Origin: Auanema rhodensis
Lineage: Eukaryota > Animalia > Nematoda
Direction: 5' to 3'
DNA length: 64,000 nt
Assembly: GCA_964057225.1 (NCBI GenBank)
Contig: OZ059897.1
Location: 1,302,001-1,366,000 of the forward strand
The position numbers were made by a program, and so were the translations under genes. The first letter of the stretch is position 1. The number at the start of each line of letters is the position of its first letter. Positions 26,501-41,700 of the stretch are shown here, in pieces. The notes beneath the pieces were generated by a model. That model did no database searches. It saw only the letters and a list, made by a program, of their open reading frames with translations, and was not told the DNA's origin.

Positions 26501-29500
26501 CATGTACACTCAACATTGCTTCCAAAAACATTTTGACAAAAATTTTCCCGAAAAATTTCAAAATAATTTCACGAAAAGTAGATGTGTTTGGATTCCTTTT
26601 TTCAAGGCAAAGACGATGGACAATGTTATTCAACGAAAAAATTAATTCTTCAGGGTGAAAATCGAGGATATAAGTGTGAACTTATATAAGTTGATATCTC
26701 GGTGCATTTTCAAGCTAGCGCAAATCTAATAACACAGATCGACGCAGCTTAAAAATCCGCTTCGAATGCACTATACTACATTGAGAAACGCTCAATACAA
26801 AAATTATTTATGATTGTTTGAAAAATGATGCATTAGTGTATGTTGCGTTTCCATGTACACTCAACATTGCTTCCAAAAACATTTTGACAAAAATTTTCCC
26901 GAAAAATTTCAAGATAATTTTACAAAAAGTAGATGTTTTTAGATTCCTTTTTTCAAGGCAAAGACGATGGACAATGTTATTCAACGAAAAAATTAATTCT
27001 TCAGGGTGAAAATCGAGGATATAAGTGTGAACTTATATCAGTTAATATCTCGGTGCATATTTAAGCTAGCGCAAATCTAATAACACAGATCGACGCAGCT
27101 TAAAAATCCGCTTCGAATGCACTATACTACATTGAGAAACGCTCAATACAAAAATTATTTATGATTGTTTGAAAAATGATGCATTAGTGTATGTTGCGTT
27201 TCCATGTACACTCAACATTGCTTCCAAAAACATTTTGACAAAAATTTTCCCGAAAAATTTCAAGATAATTTTACAAAAAGTAGATGTTTTTAGATTTTTT
27301 TTTTAAGGCAAAGACGATGGACAATGTTATTCAACGAAAAAATTAATTCTTCAGGGTGAAAATCGAGGATATAAGTGTGAACTTATATCAGTTGATATCT
27401 CTTTGCATTTTTAAGCTAACGCAAATCTGATAACACAGATCGTCGCAGCTTAAAAATCCGCTTCGAATGCACTATACTACATTGAGAAACGCTCAATACA
27501 AAAATTATTTATGATTGTTTGGAAAATGATGCATTAGTGTATGTTGCGTTTCCATGTACACTCAACATTGCTTCCAAAACCATTTTGACAAAAATTTTCC
27601 CGAAAAATTTCAAGATAATTTTACAAAAAGTAGATGTTTTTAGATTCCTTTTTTCAAGGCAAAGACGATGGACAATGTTATTCAACGAAAAAATTAATTC
27701 TTCATGGTGAAAATCGAGGATATAAGTGTGAACTTATATCAGTTAATATCTCGGTGCATATTTAAGCTAACGCAAATCTGATAACACAGATCGTCGCAGC
27801 TTAAAAATCCGCTTCGAATGCACTATACTACATTGAGAAACGCTCAATACAAAAATTATTTATGATTGTTTGAAAAATGATGCATTAGTGTATGTTGCGT
27901 TTCCATGTACACTCAACATTGCTTCCAAAAACATTTTGACAAAAATTTTCCCGAAACATTTCAAGATAATTTTACAAAAAGTAGATGTTTTTAGATTTCT
28001 TTTTTTAAGGCAAAGACGATGGACAATGTTATTCAACGAAAAAATTAATTCTTCAGGGTGAAAATCGAGGATATAAGTGTGAACTTATATCAGTTGATAT
28101 CTCTTTGCATTTTTAAGCTAACGCAAATCTGATAACACAGATCGTCGCAGCTTAAAAATCCGCTTCGAATGCACTATACTACATTGAGAAACGCTCAATA
28201 CAAAAATTATTTATGATTGTTTGAAAAATGATGCATTAGTGTATGTTGCGTTTCCATGTACACTCAACATTGCTTCCAAAAACATTTTGACAAAAATTTT
28301 CCCGAAAAATTTCAAAATAATTTCACGAAAAGTAGATGTGTTTGGATTCCTTTTTTCAAGGCAAAGACGATGGACAATGTTATTCAACGAAAAAATTAAT
28401 TCTTCAGGGTGAAAATCGAGGATATAAGTGTGAACTTATATCAGTTGATATCTCGGTGCATTTTTAAGCTAACGCAAATCTGATAACACAGATCGTCGCA
28501 GCTTAAAAATCCGCTTCGAATGCACTATACTACATTGAGAAACGCTCAATACAAAAATTATTTATGATTGTTTGAAAAATGATGCATTAGTGTATGTTGC
28601 GTTTCCATGTACACTCAACATTGCTTCCAAAAACATTTTGACAAAAATTTTCCCGAAAAATTTCAAAATAATTTCACGAAAAGTAGATGTGTTTGGATTC
28701 CTTTTTTCAAGGCAAAGACGATGGACAATGTTATTCAACGAAAAAATTAATTCTTCAGGGTGAAAATCGAGGATATAAGTGTGAACTTATATCAGTTGAT
28801 ATCTCTTTGCATTTTTAAGCTAACGCAAATCTGATAACACAAATCGTCGCAGCTTAAAAATCCGCTTCGAATGCACTATACTACATTGAGAAACGCTCAA
28901 TACAAAAATTATTTATGATTGTTTGAAAAATGATGCATTAGTGTATGTTGCGTTTCCATGTACACTCAACATTGCTTCCAAAAACATTTTGACAAAAATT
29001 TTCCCGAAACATTTCAAGATAATTTTACAAAAAGTAGATGTTTTTAGATTTCTTTTTTTAAGGCAAAGACGATGGACAATGTTATTCAACGAAAAAATTA
29101 ATTCTTCAGGGTGAAAATCGAGGATATAAGTGTGAACTTATATCAGTTGATATCTCGGTGCATTTTTAAGCTAACGCAAATCTGATAACACAGATCGTCG
29201 CAGCTTAAAAATCCGCTTCGAATGCACTATACTACATTGAGAAACGCTCAATACAAAAATTATTTATGATTGTTTGAAAAATGATGCATTAGTGTATGTT
29301 GCGTTTCCATGTACACTCAACATTGCTTCCAAAAACATTTTGACAAAAATTTTCCCGAAAAATTTCAAAATAATTTCACGAAAAGTAGATGTGTTTGGAT
29401 TCCTTTTTTCAAGGCAAAGACGATGGACAATGTTATTCAACGAAAAAATTAATTCTTCAGGGTGAAAATCGAGGATATAAGTGTGAACTTATATCAGTTG

Positions 29501-32290
29501 ATATCTCTTTGCATTTTTAAGCTAACGCAAATCTGATAACACAGATCGACGCAGCTTAAAAATCCGTTTCGAATGCACTATACTACATTGAGAAACGCTC
29601 AATACAAAAATTATTTATGATTGTTTGAAAAATGATGCATTAGTGTATGTTGCGTTTCCATGTACACTCAACATTGCTTCCAAAAACATTTTGACAAAAA
29701 TTTTCCAAAAAAATTTCAAGATAATTTTACAAAAAGTAGATGTTTTTAGATTCCTTTTTTCAAGGCAAAGACGATGGACAATGTTATTCAACGAAAAAAT
29801 TAATTCTTCAGGGTGAAAATCGAGGATATAAGTGTGAACTTATATCAGTTAATATCTCGGTGCATTTTTAAGCTAGCGCAAATCTAATAACACAGATCGT
29901 CGCAGCTTAAAAATCCGCTTCGAATGCACTATACTACATTGAGAAACGCTCAATACAAAAATTATTTATGATTGTTTGAAAAATGATGCATTAGTGTATG
30001 TTGCGTTTCCATGTACACTCAACATTGCTTCCAAAAACATTTTGACAAAAATTTTCCCGAAACATTTCAAGATAATTTTACAAAAAGTAGATGTTTGTAG
30101 ATTTCTTTTTTTAAGGCAAAGACGATGGACAATGTTATTCAACGAAAAAATTAATTCTTCAGGGTGAAAATCGAGGATATAAGTGTGAACTTATATCAGT
30201 TGATGTCTCGGTGCATTTTTAAGCTAGCGCAAATCTAATAACACAGATCGACGCAGCTTAAAAATCCGCTTCGAATGCACTATACTACATTGAGAAACGC
30301 TCAATACAAAAATTATTTATGATTGTTTGAAAAATGATGCATTAGTGTATGTTGCGTTTCCATGTACACTCAACATTGCTTCCAAAAACATTTTGACAAA
30401 AATTTTCCCGAAAAATTTCAAGATAATTTTACAAAAAGTAGATGTTTTTAGATTTCTTTTTTTAAGGCAAAGACGATGGACAATGTTATTCAACGAAAAA
30501 ATTAATTCTTCAGGGTGAAAATCGAGGATATAAGTGTGAACTTATATCAGTTAATATCTCGGTGCATTTTTAAGCTAGCGCAAATCTAATAACACAGATC
30601 GTCGCAGCTTAAAAATCCGCTTCGAATGCACTATACTACATTGAGAAACGCTCAATACAAAAATTATTTATGATTGTTTGAAAAATGATGCATTAGTGTA
30701 TGTTGCGTTTCCATGTACACTCAACATTGCTTCCAAAAACATTTTGACAAAAATTTTCCCGAAACATTTCAAGATAATTTTACAAAAAGTAGATGTTTGT
30801 AGATTTCTTTTTTTAAGGCAAAGACGATGGACAATGTTATTCAACGAAAAAATTAATTCTTCAGGGTGAAAATCGAGGATATAAGTGTGAACTTATATCA
30901 GTTGATATCTCGGTGCATTTTTAAGCTAGCGCAAATCTAATAACACAGATCGACGCAGCTTAAAAATCCGCTTCGAATGCACTATACTACATTGAGAAAC
31001 GCTCAATACAAAAATTATTTATGATTGTTTGAAAAATGATGCATTAGTGTATGTTGCGTTTCCATGTACACTCAACATTGCTTCCAAAAACATTTTGACA
31101 AAAATTTTCCCGAAAAATTTCAAGATAATTTTACAAAAAGTAGATGTTTTTAGATTTCTTTTTTTAAGGCAAAGACGATGGACAATGTTATTCAACGAAA
31201 AAATTAATTCTTCAGGGTGAAAATCGAGGATATAAGTGTGAACTTATATCAGTTGATATCTCTTTGCATTTTTAAGCTAACGCAAATCTGATAACACAGA
31301 TCGTCGCAGCTTAAAAATCCGCTTCGAATGCACTATACTACATTGAGAAACGCTCAATACAAAAATTATTTATGATTGTTTGAAAAATGATGCATTAGTG
31401 TATGTTGCGTTTCCATGTACACTCAACATTGCTTCCAAAAACATTTTGACAAAAATTTTCCCGAAAAATTTCAAGATAATTTTACAAAAAGTAGATGTTT
31501 TTAGATTTCTTTTTTTAAGGCAAAGACGATGGACAATGTTATTCAACGAAAAAATTAATTCTTCAGGGTGAAAATCGAGGATATAAGTGTGAACTTATAT
31601 CAGTTGATATCTCGGTGCATTTTTAAGCTAGCGCAAATCTAATAACACAGATCGACGCAGCTTAAAAATCCGCTTCGAATGCACTATACTACATTGAGAA
31701 ACGCTCAATACAAAAACTATTTATGATTGTTTGAAAAACGATGCATTAGTGTATGTTGCGTTTCCATGTACACTCAACATTGCTTCCAAAAACATTTTGA
31801 CAAAAATTTTCCCGAAAAATTTCAAGATAATTTTACAAAAAGTAGATGTTTTTAGATTTCTTTTTTTAAGGCAAAGACGATGGACAATGTTATTCAACGA
31901 AAAAATTAATTCTTCAGGGTGAAAATCGAGGATATAAGTGTGAACTTATATCAGTTGATATCTCTTTGCATTTTTAAGCTAACGCAAATCTGATAACACA
32001 GATCGTCGCAGCTTAAAAATCCGCTTCGAATGCACTATACTACTTTGAGAAACGCTCAATACAAAAATTATTTATGATTGTTTGAAAAATGATGCATTAG
32101 TGTATGTTGCGTTTCCATGTACACTCAACATTGCTTCCAAAAACATTTTGACAAAAATTTTCCCGAAAAATTTCAAGATAATTTTACAAAAAGTAGATGT
32201 TTTTAGATTTCTTTTTTTAAGGCAAAGACGATGGACAATGTTATTCAACGAAAAAATTAATTCTTCAGGGTGAAAATCGAGGATATAAGT
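22870..32290. repeat. Subfamily domain 'A' (second block), with TCACGAAAAG/GTGTTTGGA and GAAACATTT variants
   Basis: Every monomer from 22957 to 32082 carries GTTGCG. The CTCTTTGC and ATCGTCGC variants are shared with 1-7160. There is an abrupt switch to S-type at ~32290-32320. Confidence 0.88.
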
Positions 32291-35220
32291 GTGAATTTAT
32301 ATCAGTTGATATCTCGGTGAATTTTTAAGCTAACTCAAATCTGATAACACAGATCGACGCAGCTTAAAAATCCGTTTCGAATGCATTATACTACATTGAG
32401 AAACGCTCAATACAAAAATTAGTTATGCTCGTTTGAAAAATGATTCATTAGTGTATGTTGAGTTTCCATGTACACTCAACATTGCTTCCAAAAACATTTT
32501 GACAAAAATTTTCCCGAAAAATTTCGAGATAATTTTACAAAAACTAGATGTTTTTAGATTTCTTTTTTTAAGGCAAAGACGATGGACAATGTTATTCAAC
32601 GAAAAAATTAATTCTTCAGGGTGAAAATCGAGGATATAAGTGTGAACTTATATCAGTTGATATCTCGGTGCATTTTTAAGCTAGCGCAAATCTGATAACA
32701 CAGATCGACGCCGCTCAAAAATACGCATCGAATGCACTATACTACATTGGGAAACGCTCAATACAAAAATTAGTTATGCTCGTTTGAAAAATGATTCATT
32801 AGTGTATGTTGAGTTTCCATGTACACTCAACATTGCTTCCAAAAACATTTTGACAAAAATTTTCCCGAAAAATTTCGAGATAATTTTACAAAAACTAGAT
32901 GTTTTTAGATTCCTTTTTTTAAGGCGAAGACGATGGACAATGTTATTCAACGAAAAAATTAATTCTTCAGGGTGAAAATCGAGGATATAAGTGTGAACTT
33001 ATATCAGTTGATATCTCGGTGCATTTTTAAGCTAGCGCAAATCTGATAACACAGATCGACGCCGCTCAAAAATACGCATCGAATGCACTATACTACATTG
33101 AGAAACGCTTAATACAAAAATTAGTTATGCTCGTTTGAAAAATGATTCATTAGTGTATGTTGAGTTTCCATGTACACTCAACATTGCTTCCAAAAACATT
33201 TTGACAAAAATTTTCCCGAAAAATTTCAAGATAATTTTACAAAAACTAGATGTTTTTAGATTCCTTTTTTTAAGGCGAAGACGATGGAAAATGTTATTCA
33301 ACGAAAAAATTAATTCTTCAGGGTGAAAATCGAGGATATAAGTGTGAACTTATATCAGTTGATATCTCGGTGAATTTTTAAGCTAACTCAAATCTGATAA
33401 CACAGATCGACGCAGCTTAAAAATCCGTTTCGAATGCATTATACTACATTGAGAAACGCTCAATACAAAAATTAGTTATGCTCGTTTGAAAAATGATTCA
33501 TTAGTGTATGTTGAGTTTCCATGTACACTCAACATTGCTTCCAAAAACATTTTGACAAAAATGTTCCCGAAAAATTTCAAGATAATTTTACAAAAACTAG
33601 ATGTTTTTAGATTCCTTTTTTTAAGGCGAAGACGATGGACAATGTTATTCAACGAAAAAATTAATTCTTCAGGGTGAAAATCGAGGATATAAGTGTGAAC
33701 TTATATCAGTTGATATCTCGGTGAATTTTTAAGCTAACTCAAATCTGATAACACAGATCGACGCAGCTTAAAAATCCGTTTCGAATGCATTATACTACAT
33801 TGAGAAACGCTCAATACAAAAATTAGTTATGCTCGTTTGAAAAATGATTCATTAGTGTATGTTGAGTTTCCATGTACACTCAACATTGCTTCCAAAAACA
33901 TTTTGACAAAAATTTTCCCGAAAAATTTCAAGATAATTTTACAAAAACTAGATGTTTTTAGATTCCTTTTTTTAAGGCGAAGACGATGGACAATGTTATT
34001 CAACAAAAAAATTAATTCTTCAGGGTGAAAATCGAGGATATAAGTGTGAACTTATATCAGTTGATATCTCGGTGCATTTTTAAGCTAGCGCAAATCTGAT
34101 AACACAGATCGACGCCGCTCAAAAATACGCATCGAATGCACTATACTACATTGAGAAACGCTCAATACAAAAATTAGTTATGCTCGTTTGAAAAATGATT
34201 CATTAGTGTATGTTGAGTTTCCATGTACACTCAACATTGCTTCCAAAAACATTTTGACAAAAATTTTCCCGAAGAATTTCAAGATAATTTTACAAAAACT
34301 AGATGTTTTTAGATTCCTTTTTTTAAGGCGAAGACGATGGACAATGTTATTCAACAAAAAAATTAATTCTTCAGGGTGAAAATCGAGGATATAAGTGTGA
34401 ACTTATATCAGTTGATATCTCGGTGCATTTTTAAGCTAGCTCAAATCTGATAACACAGATCGACGCCGCTCAAAAATACGCATCGAATGCACTATACTAC
34501 ATTGAGAAACGCTCAATACAAAAATTAGTTATGCTCGTTTGAAAAATGATTCATTAGTGTATGTTGAGTTTCCATGTACACTCAACATTGCTTCCAAAAA
34601 CATTTTGACAAAAATTTTCCCGAAAAATTTCAAGATAATTTTACAAAAACTAGATGTTTTTAGATTCCTTTTTTTAAGGCAAAGACGATGGACAATGTTA
34701 TTCAACGAAAAAATTAATTCTTCAGGGTGAAAATCGAGGATATAAGTGTGAACTTATATCAGTTGATATCTCGGTGAATTTTTAAGCTAACTCAAATCTG
34801 ATAACACAGATCGACGCAGCTTAAAAATCCGTTTCAAATGCATTATACTACATTGAGAAACGCTCAATACAAAAATTAGTTATGCTCGTTTGAAAAATGA
34901 TTCATTAGTGTATGTTGAGTTTCCATGTACACTCAACATTGCTTCCAAAAACATTTTGACAAAAATTTTCCCGAAAAATTTCAAGATAATTTTACAAAAA
35001 CTAGATGTTTTTAGATTCCTTTTTTTAAGGCAAAGACGATGGACAATGTTATTCAACGAAAAAATTAATTCTTCAGGGTGAAAATCGAGGATATAAGTGT
35101 GAACTTATATCAGTTGATATCTCGGTGAATTTTTAAGCTAACTCAAATCTGATAACACAGATCGACGCAGCTTAAAAATCCGTTTCAAATGCATTATACT
35201 ACATTGAGAAACGCTCAATA

Positions 35221-35710
35221 CAAAAATTAGTTATGCTCGTTTGAAAAATGATTCATTAGTGTATGTTGAGTTTCCATGTACACTCAACATTGCTTCCAAA
35301 AACATTTTGACAAAAATTTTCCCGAAAAATTTCAAGATAATTTTACAAAAACTAGGTGTTTTTAGATTCCTTTTTTTAAGGCGAAGACGATGGACAATGT
35401 TATTCAACGAAAAAATTAATTCTTCAGGGTGAAAATCGAGGATATAAGTGTGAACTTATATCAGTCAAAAATTAGTTATGCTCGTTTGAAAAATGATTCA
35501 TTAGTGTATGTTGAGTTTCCATGTACACTCAACATTGCTTCCAAAAACATTTTGACAAAAATTTTCCCGAAAAATTTCAAGATAATTTTACAAAAACTAG
35601 GTGTTTTTAGATTCCTTTTTTTAAGGCGAAGACGATGGACAATGTTATTCAACGAAAAAATTAATTCTTCAGGGTGAAAATCGAGGATATAAGTGTGAAC
35701 TTATATCAGT
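35221..35710. repeat. 245-bp tandem partial duplication (equivalently a monomer lacking 106 bp); junction at 35465/35466
   Basis: The junction reads ...ACTTATATCAGT|CAAAAATTAG. Segments 35221-35465 and 35466-35710 match, and both carry the rare CTAGGT variant. Confidence 0.93.
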
Positions 35711-38700
35711 TGATATCTCGGTGAATTTTTAAGCTAACTCAAATCTGATAACACAGATCGACGCAGCTTAGAAATCCGTTTCGAATGCATTATACTACAT
35801 TGAGAAACGCTCAATACAAAAATTAGTTATGCTCGTTTGAAAAATGATTCATTAGTGTATGTTGAGTTTCCATGTACACTCAACATTGCTTCCAAAAACA
35901 TTTTGACAAAAATTTTCCCGAAAAATTTCAAGATAATTTTACAAAAACTAGATGTTTTTAGATTCCTTTTTTTAAGGCGAAGACGATGGACAATGTTATT
36001 CAACGAAAAAATTAATTCTTCAGGGTGAAAATCGAGGATATAAGTGTGAACTTATATCAGTTGATATCTCGGTGAATTTTTAAGCTAGCGCAAATCTGAT
36101 AACACAGATCGACGCAGCTTAAAAATCCGTTTCGAATGCATTATACTACATTGAGAAACGCTCAATACAAAAATTAGTTATGCTCGTTTGAAAAATGATT
36201 CATTAGTGTATGTTGAGTTTCCATGTACACTCAACATTGCTTCCAAAAACATTTTGACAAAAATTTTCCCGAAAAATTTCAAGATAATTTTACAAAAACT
36301 AGATGTTTTTAGACTCCTTTTTTTAAGGCGAAGACGATGGACAATGTTATTCAACGAAAAAATTAATTCTTCAGGGTGAAAATCGAGGATATAAGTGTGA
36401 ACTTATATCAGTTGATATCTCGGTGAATTTTTAAGCTAACTCAAATCTGATAACACAGATCGACGCAGCTTAAAAATCCGTTTCGAATGCATTATACTAC
36501 ATTGAGAAACGCTCAATACAAAAATTAGTTATGCTCGTTTGAAAAATGATTCATTAGTGTATGTTGAGTTTCCATGTACACTCAACATTGCTTCCAAAAA
36601 CATTTTGACAAAAATTTTCCCGAAAAATTTCAAGATAATTTTACAAAAACTAGATGTTTTTAGATTCCTTTTTTTAAGGCGAAGACGATGGACAATGTTA
36701 TTCAACGAAAAAATTAATTCTTCAGGGTGAAAATCGAGGATATAAGTGTGAACTTATATCAGTTGATATCTCGGTGAATTTTTAAGCTAACTCAAATCTG
36801 ATAACACAGATCGACGCAGCTTAGAAATCCGTTTCGAATGCATTATACTACATTGAGAAACGCTCAATACAAAAATTAGTTATGCTCGTTTGAAAAATGA
36901 TTCATTAGTGTATGTTGAGTTTCCATGTACACTCAACATTGCTTCCAAAAACATTTTGACAAAAATTTTCCCGAAAAATTTCAAGATAATTTTACAAAAA
37001 CTAGATGTTTTTAGATTCCTTTTTTTAAGGCGAAGACGATGGACAATGTTATTCAACGAAAAAATTAATTCTTCAGGGTGAAAATCGAGGATATAAGTGT
37101 GAACTTATATCAGTTGATATCTCGGTGAATTTTTAAGCTAACTCAAATCTGATAACACAGATCGACGCAGCTTAGAAATCCGTTTCGAATGCATTATACT
37201 ACATTGAGAAACGCTCAATACAAAAATTCGTTATGCTCGTTTGAAAAATGATTCATTAGTGTATGTTGAGTTTCCATGTACACTCAACATTGCTTCCAAA
37301 AACATTTTGACAAAAATTTTCCCGAAAAATTTCAAGATAATTTTACAAAAACTAGATGTTTTTAGATTCCTTTTTTTAAGGCGAAGACGATGGACAATGT
37401 TATTCAACGAAAAAATTAATTCTTCAGGGTGAAAATCGAGGATATAAGTGTGAACTTATATCAGTTGATATCTCGGTGAATTTTTAAGCTAACTCAAATC
37501 TGATAACACAGATCGACGCAGCTTAAAAATCCGTTTCGAATGCATTATACTACATTGAGAAACGCTCAATACAAAAATTCGTTATGCTCGTTTGAAAAAT
37601 GATTCATTAGTGTATGTTGAGTTTCCATGTACACTCAACATTGCTTCCAAAAACATTTTGACAAAAATTTTCCCGAAAAATTTCAAGATAATTTTACAAA
37701 AACTAGATGTTTTTAGATTCCTTTTTATAAGGCGAAGACGATGGACAATGTTATTCAACGAAAAAATTAATTCTTCAGGGTGAAAATCGAGGATATAAGT
37801 GTGAACTTATATCAGTTGATATCTCGGTGAATTTTTAAGCTAACTCAAATCTGATAACACAGATCGACGCAGCTTAAAAATCCGTTTCGAATGCATTATA
37901 CTACATTGAGAAACGCTCAATACAAAAATTAGTTATGCTCGTTTGAAAAATGATTCATTAGTGTATGTTGAGTTTCCATGTACACTCAACATTGCTTCCA
38001 AAAACATTTTGACAAAAATTTTCCCGAAAAATTTCAAGATAATTTTACAAAAACTAGGTGTTTTTAGATTCCTTTTTTTAAGGCGAAGACGATGGACAAT
38101 GTTATTCAACGAAAAAATTAATTCTTCAGGGTGAAAATCGAGGATATAAGTGTGAACTTATATCAGTTGATATCTCGGTGAATTTTTAAGCTAACTCAAA
38201 TCTGATAACACAGATCGACGCAGCTTAGAAATCCGTTTCGAATGCATTATACTACATTGAGAAACGCTCAATACAAAAATTAGTTATGCTCGTTTGAAAA
38301 ATGATTCATTAGTGTATGTTGAGTTTCCATGTACACTCAACATTGCTTCCAAAAACATTTTGACAAAAATTTTCCCGAAAAATTTCAAGATAATTTTACA
38401 AAAACTAGATGTTTTTAGATTCCTTTTTTTAAGGCGAAAACGATGGACAATGTTATTCAACGAAAAAATTAATTCTTCAGGGTGAAAATCGAGGATATAA
38501 GTGTGAACTTATATCAGTTGATATCTCGGTGCATTTTTAAGCTAGCGCAAATCTGATAACACAGATCGACGCCGCTCAAAAATACGCATCGAATGCACTA
38601 TACTACATTGAGAAACGCTTAATACAAAAATTAGTTATGCTCGTTTGAAAAATGATTCATTAGTGTATGTTGAGTTTCCATGTACACTCAACATTGCTTC

Positions 38701-41700
38701 CAAAAACATTTTGACAAAAATTTTCCCGAAAAATTTCAAGATAATTTTACAAAAACTAGATGTTTTTAGATTCCTTTTTTTAAGGCGAAGACGATGGACA
38801 ATGTTATTCAACGAAAAAATTAATTCTTCAGGGTGAAAATCGAGGATATAAGTGTGAACTTATATCAGTTGATATCTCGGTGAATTTTTAAGCTAACTCA
38901 AATCTGATAACACAGATCGACGCAGCTTAAAAATCCGTTTCGAATGCATTATACTACATTGAGAAACGCTCAATACAAAAATTAGTTATGCTCGTTTGAA
39001 AAATGATTCATTAGTGTATGTTGAGTTTCCATGTACACTCAACATTGCTTCCAAAAACATTTTGACAAAAATTTTCCCGAAAAATTTCAAGATAATTTTA
39101 CAAAAACTAGATGTTTTTAGATTCCTTTTTTTAAGGCGAAGACGATGGACAATGTTATTCAACAAAAAAATTAATTCTTCAGGGTGAAAATCGAGGATAT
39201 AAGTGTGAACTTATATCAGTTGATATCTCGGTGCATTTTTAAGCTAGCTCAAATCTGATAACACAGATCGACGCCGCTCAAAAATACGCATCGAATGCAC
39301 TATACTACATTGAGAAACGCTCAATACAAAAATTAGTTATGGTCGTTTGAAAAATGATTCATTAGTGTATGTTGAGTTTCCATGTACACTCAACATTGCT
39401 TCCAAAAACATTTTGACAAAAATTTTCCCGAAAAATTTCAAGATAATTTTACAAAAACTAGATGTTTTTAGATTCCTTTTTTTAAGGCGAAGACGATGGA
39501 CAATGTTATTCAACAAAAAAATAAATTCTTCAGGGTGAAAATCGAGGATATAAGTGTGAACTTATATCAGTTGATATCTCGGTGCATTTTTAAGCTAGCG
39601 CAAATCTGATAACACAGATCGACGCCGCTCAAAAATACGCATCGAATGCACTATACTACATTGAGAAACGCTTAATACAAAAATTAGTTATGCTCGTTTG
39701 AAAAATGATTCATTAGTGTATGTTGAGTTTCCATGTACACTCAACATTGCTTCCAAAAACATTTTGACAAAAATTTTCCCGAAAAATTTCAAGATAATTT
39801 TACAAAAACTAGATGTTTTTAGATTCCTTTTTTTAAGGCGAAGACGATGGACAATGTTATTCAACGAAAAAATTAATTCTTCAGGGTGAAAATCGAGGAT
39901 ATAAGTGTGAACTTATATCAGTTGATATCTCGGTGAATTTTTAAGCTAACTCAAATCTGATAACACAGATCGACGCAGCTTAAAAATCCGTTTCGAATGC
40001 ATTATACTACATTGAGAAACGCTCAATACAAAAATTAGTTATGCTCGTTTGAAAAATGATTCATTAGTGTATGTTGAGTTTCCATGTACACTCAACATTG
40101 CTTCCAAAAACATTTTGACAAAAATTTTCCCGAAAAATTTCAAGATAATTTTACAAAAACTAGGTGTTTTTAGATTCCTTTTTTTAAGGCGAAGACGATG
40201 GACAATGTTATTCAACGAAAAAATTAATTCTTCAGGGTGAAAATCGAGGATATAAGTGTGAACTTATATCAGTTGATATCTCGGTGAATTTTTAAGCTAA
40301 CTCAAATCTGATAACACAGATCGACGCAGCTTAGAAATCCGTTTCGAATGCATTATACTACATTGAGAAACGCTCAATACAAAAATTAGTTATGCTCGTT
40401 TGAAAAATGATTCATTAGTGTATGTTGAGTTTCCATGTACACTCAACATTGCTTCCAAAAACATTTTGACAAAAATTTTCCCGAAAAATTTCAAGATAAT
40501 TTTACAAAAACTAGATGTTTTTAGATTCCTTTTTTTAAGGCGAAGACGATGGACAATGTTATTCAACAAAAAAATTAATTCTTCAGGGTGAAAATCGAGG
40601 ATATAAGTGTGAACTTATATCAGTTGATATCTCGGTGCATTTTTAAGCTAGCGCAAATCTGATAACACAGATCGACGCCGCTCAAAAATACGCATCGAAT
40701 GCACTATACTACATTGAGAAACGCTCAATACAAAAATTAGTTATGCTCGTTTGAAAAATGATTCATTAGTGTATGTTGAGTTTCCATGTACACTCAACAT
40801 TGCTTCCAAAAACATTTTGACAAAAATTTTCCCGAAAAATTTCAAGATAATTTTACAAAAACTAGATGTTTTTAGATTCCTTTTTTTAAGGCGAAGACGA
40901 TGGACAATGTTATTCAACGAAAAAATTAATTCTTCAGGGTGAAAATCGAGGATATAAGTGTGAACTTATATCAGTTGATATCTCGGTGCATTTTTAAGCT
41001 AGCGCAAATCTGATAACACAGATCGACGCCGCTCAAAAATACGCATCGAATGCACTATACTACATTGAGAAACGCTTAATACAAAAATTAGTTATGCTCG
41101 TTTGAAAAATGATTCATTAGTGTATGTTGAGTTTCCATGTACACTCAACATTGCTTCCAAAAACATTTTGACAAAAATTTTCCCGAAAAATTTCAAGATA
41201 ATTTTACAAAAACTAGATGTTTTTAGATTCCTTTTTTTAAGGCGAAGACGATGGACAATGTTATTCAACGAAAAAATTAATTCTTCAGGGTGAAAATCGA
41301 GGATATAAGTGTGAACTTATATCAGTTGATATCTCGGTGAATTTTTAAGCTAACTCAAATCTGATAACACAGATCGACGCAGCTTAAAAATCCGTTTCGA
41401 ATGCATTATACTACATTGAGAAACGCTCAATACAAAAATTAGTTATGCTCGTTTGAAAAATGATTCATTAGTGTATGTTGAGTTTCCATGTACACTCAAC
41501 ATTGCTTCCAAAAACATTTTGACAAAAATTTTCCCGAAAAATTTCAAGATAATTTTACAAAAACTAGGTGTTTTTAGATTCCTTTTTTTAAGGCGAAGAC
41601 GATGGACAATGTTATTCAACGAAAAAATTAATTCTTCAGGGTGAAAATCGAGGATATAAGTGTGAACTTATATCAGTTGATATCTCGGTGAATTTTTAAG

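Noticed and set aside
27291-27304. 1-bp deletion producing a T10 run
   Set aside because: This is a single C loss within a T tract in one monomer, i.e. trivial slippage or a consensus error.
35429-35677. Longer 82-aa ORF
   Set aside because: Created by the 245-bp duplication junction fusing frames; not an independent gene.
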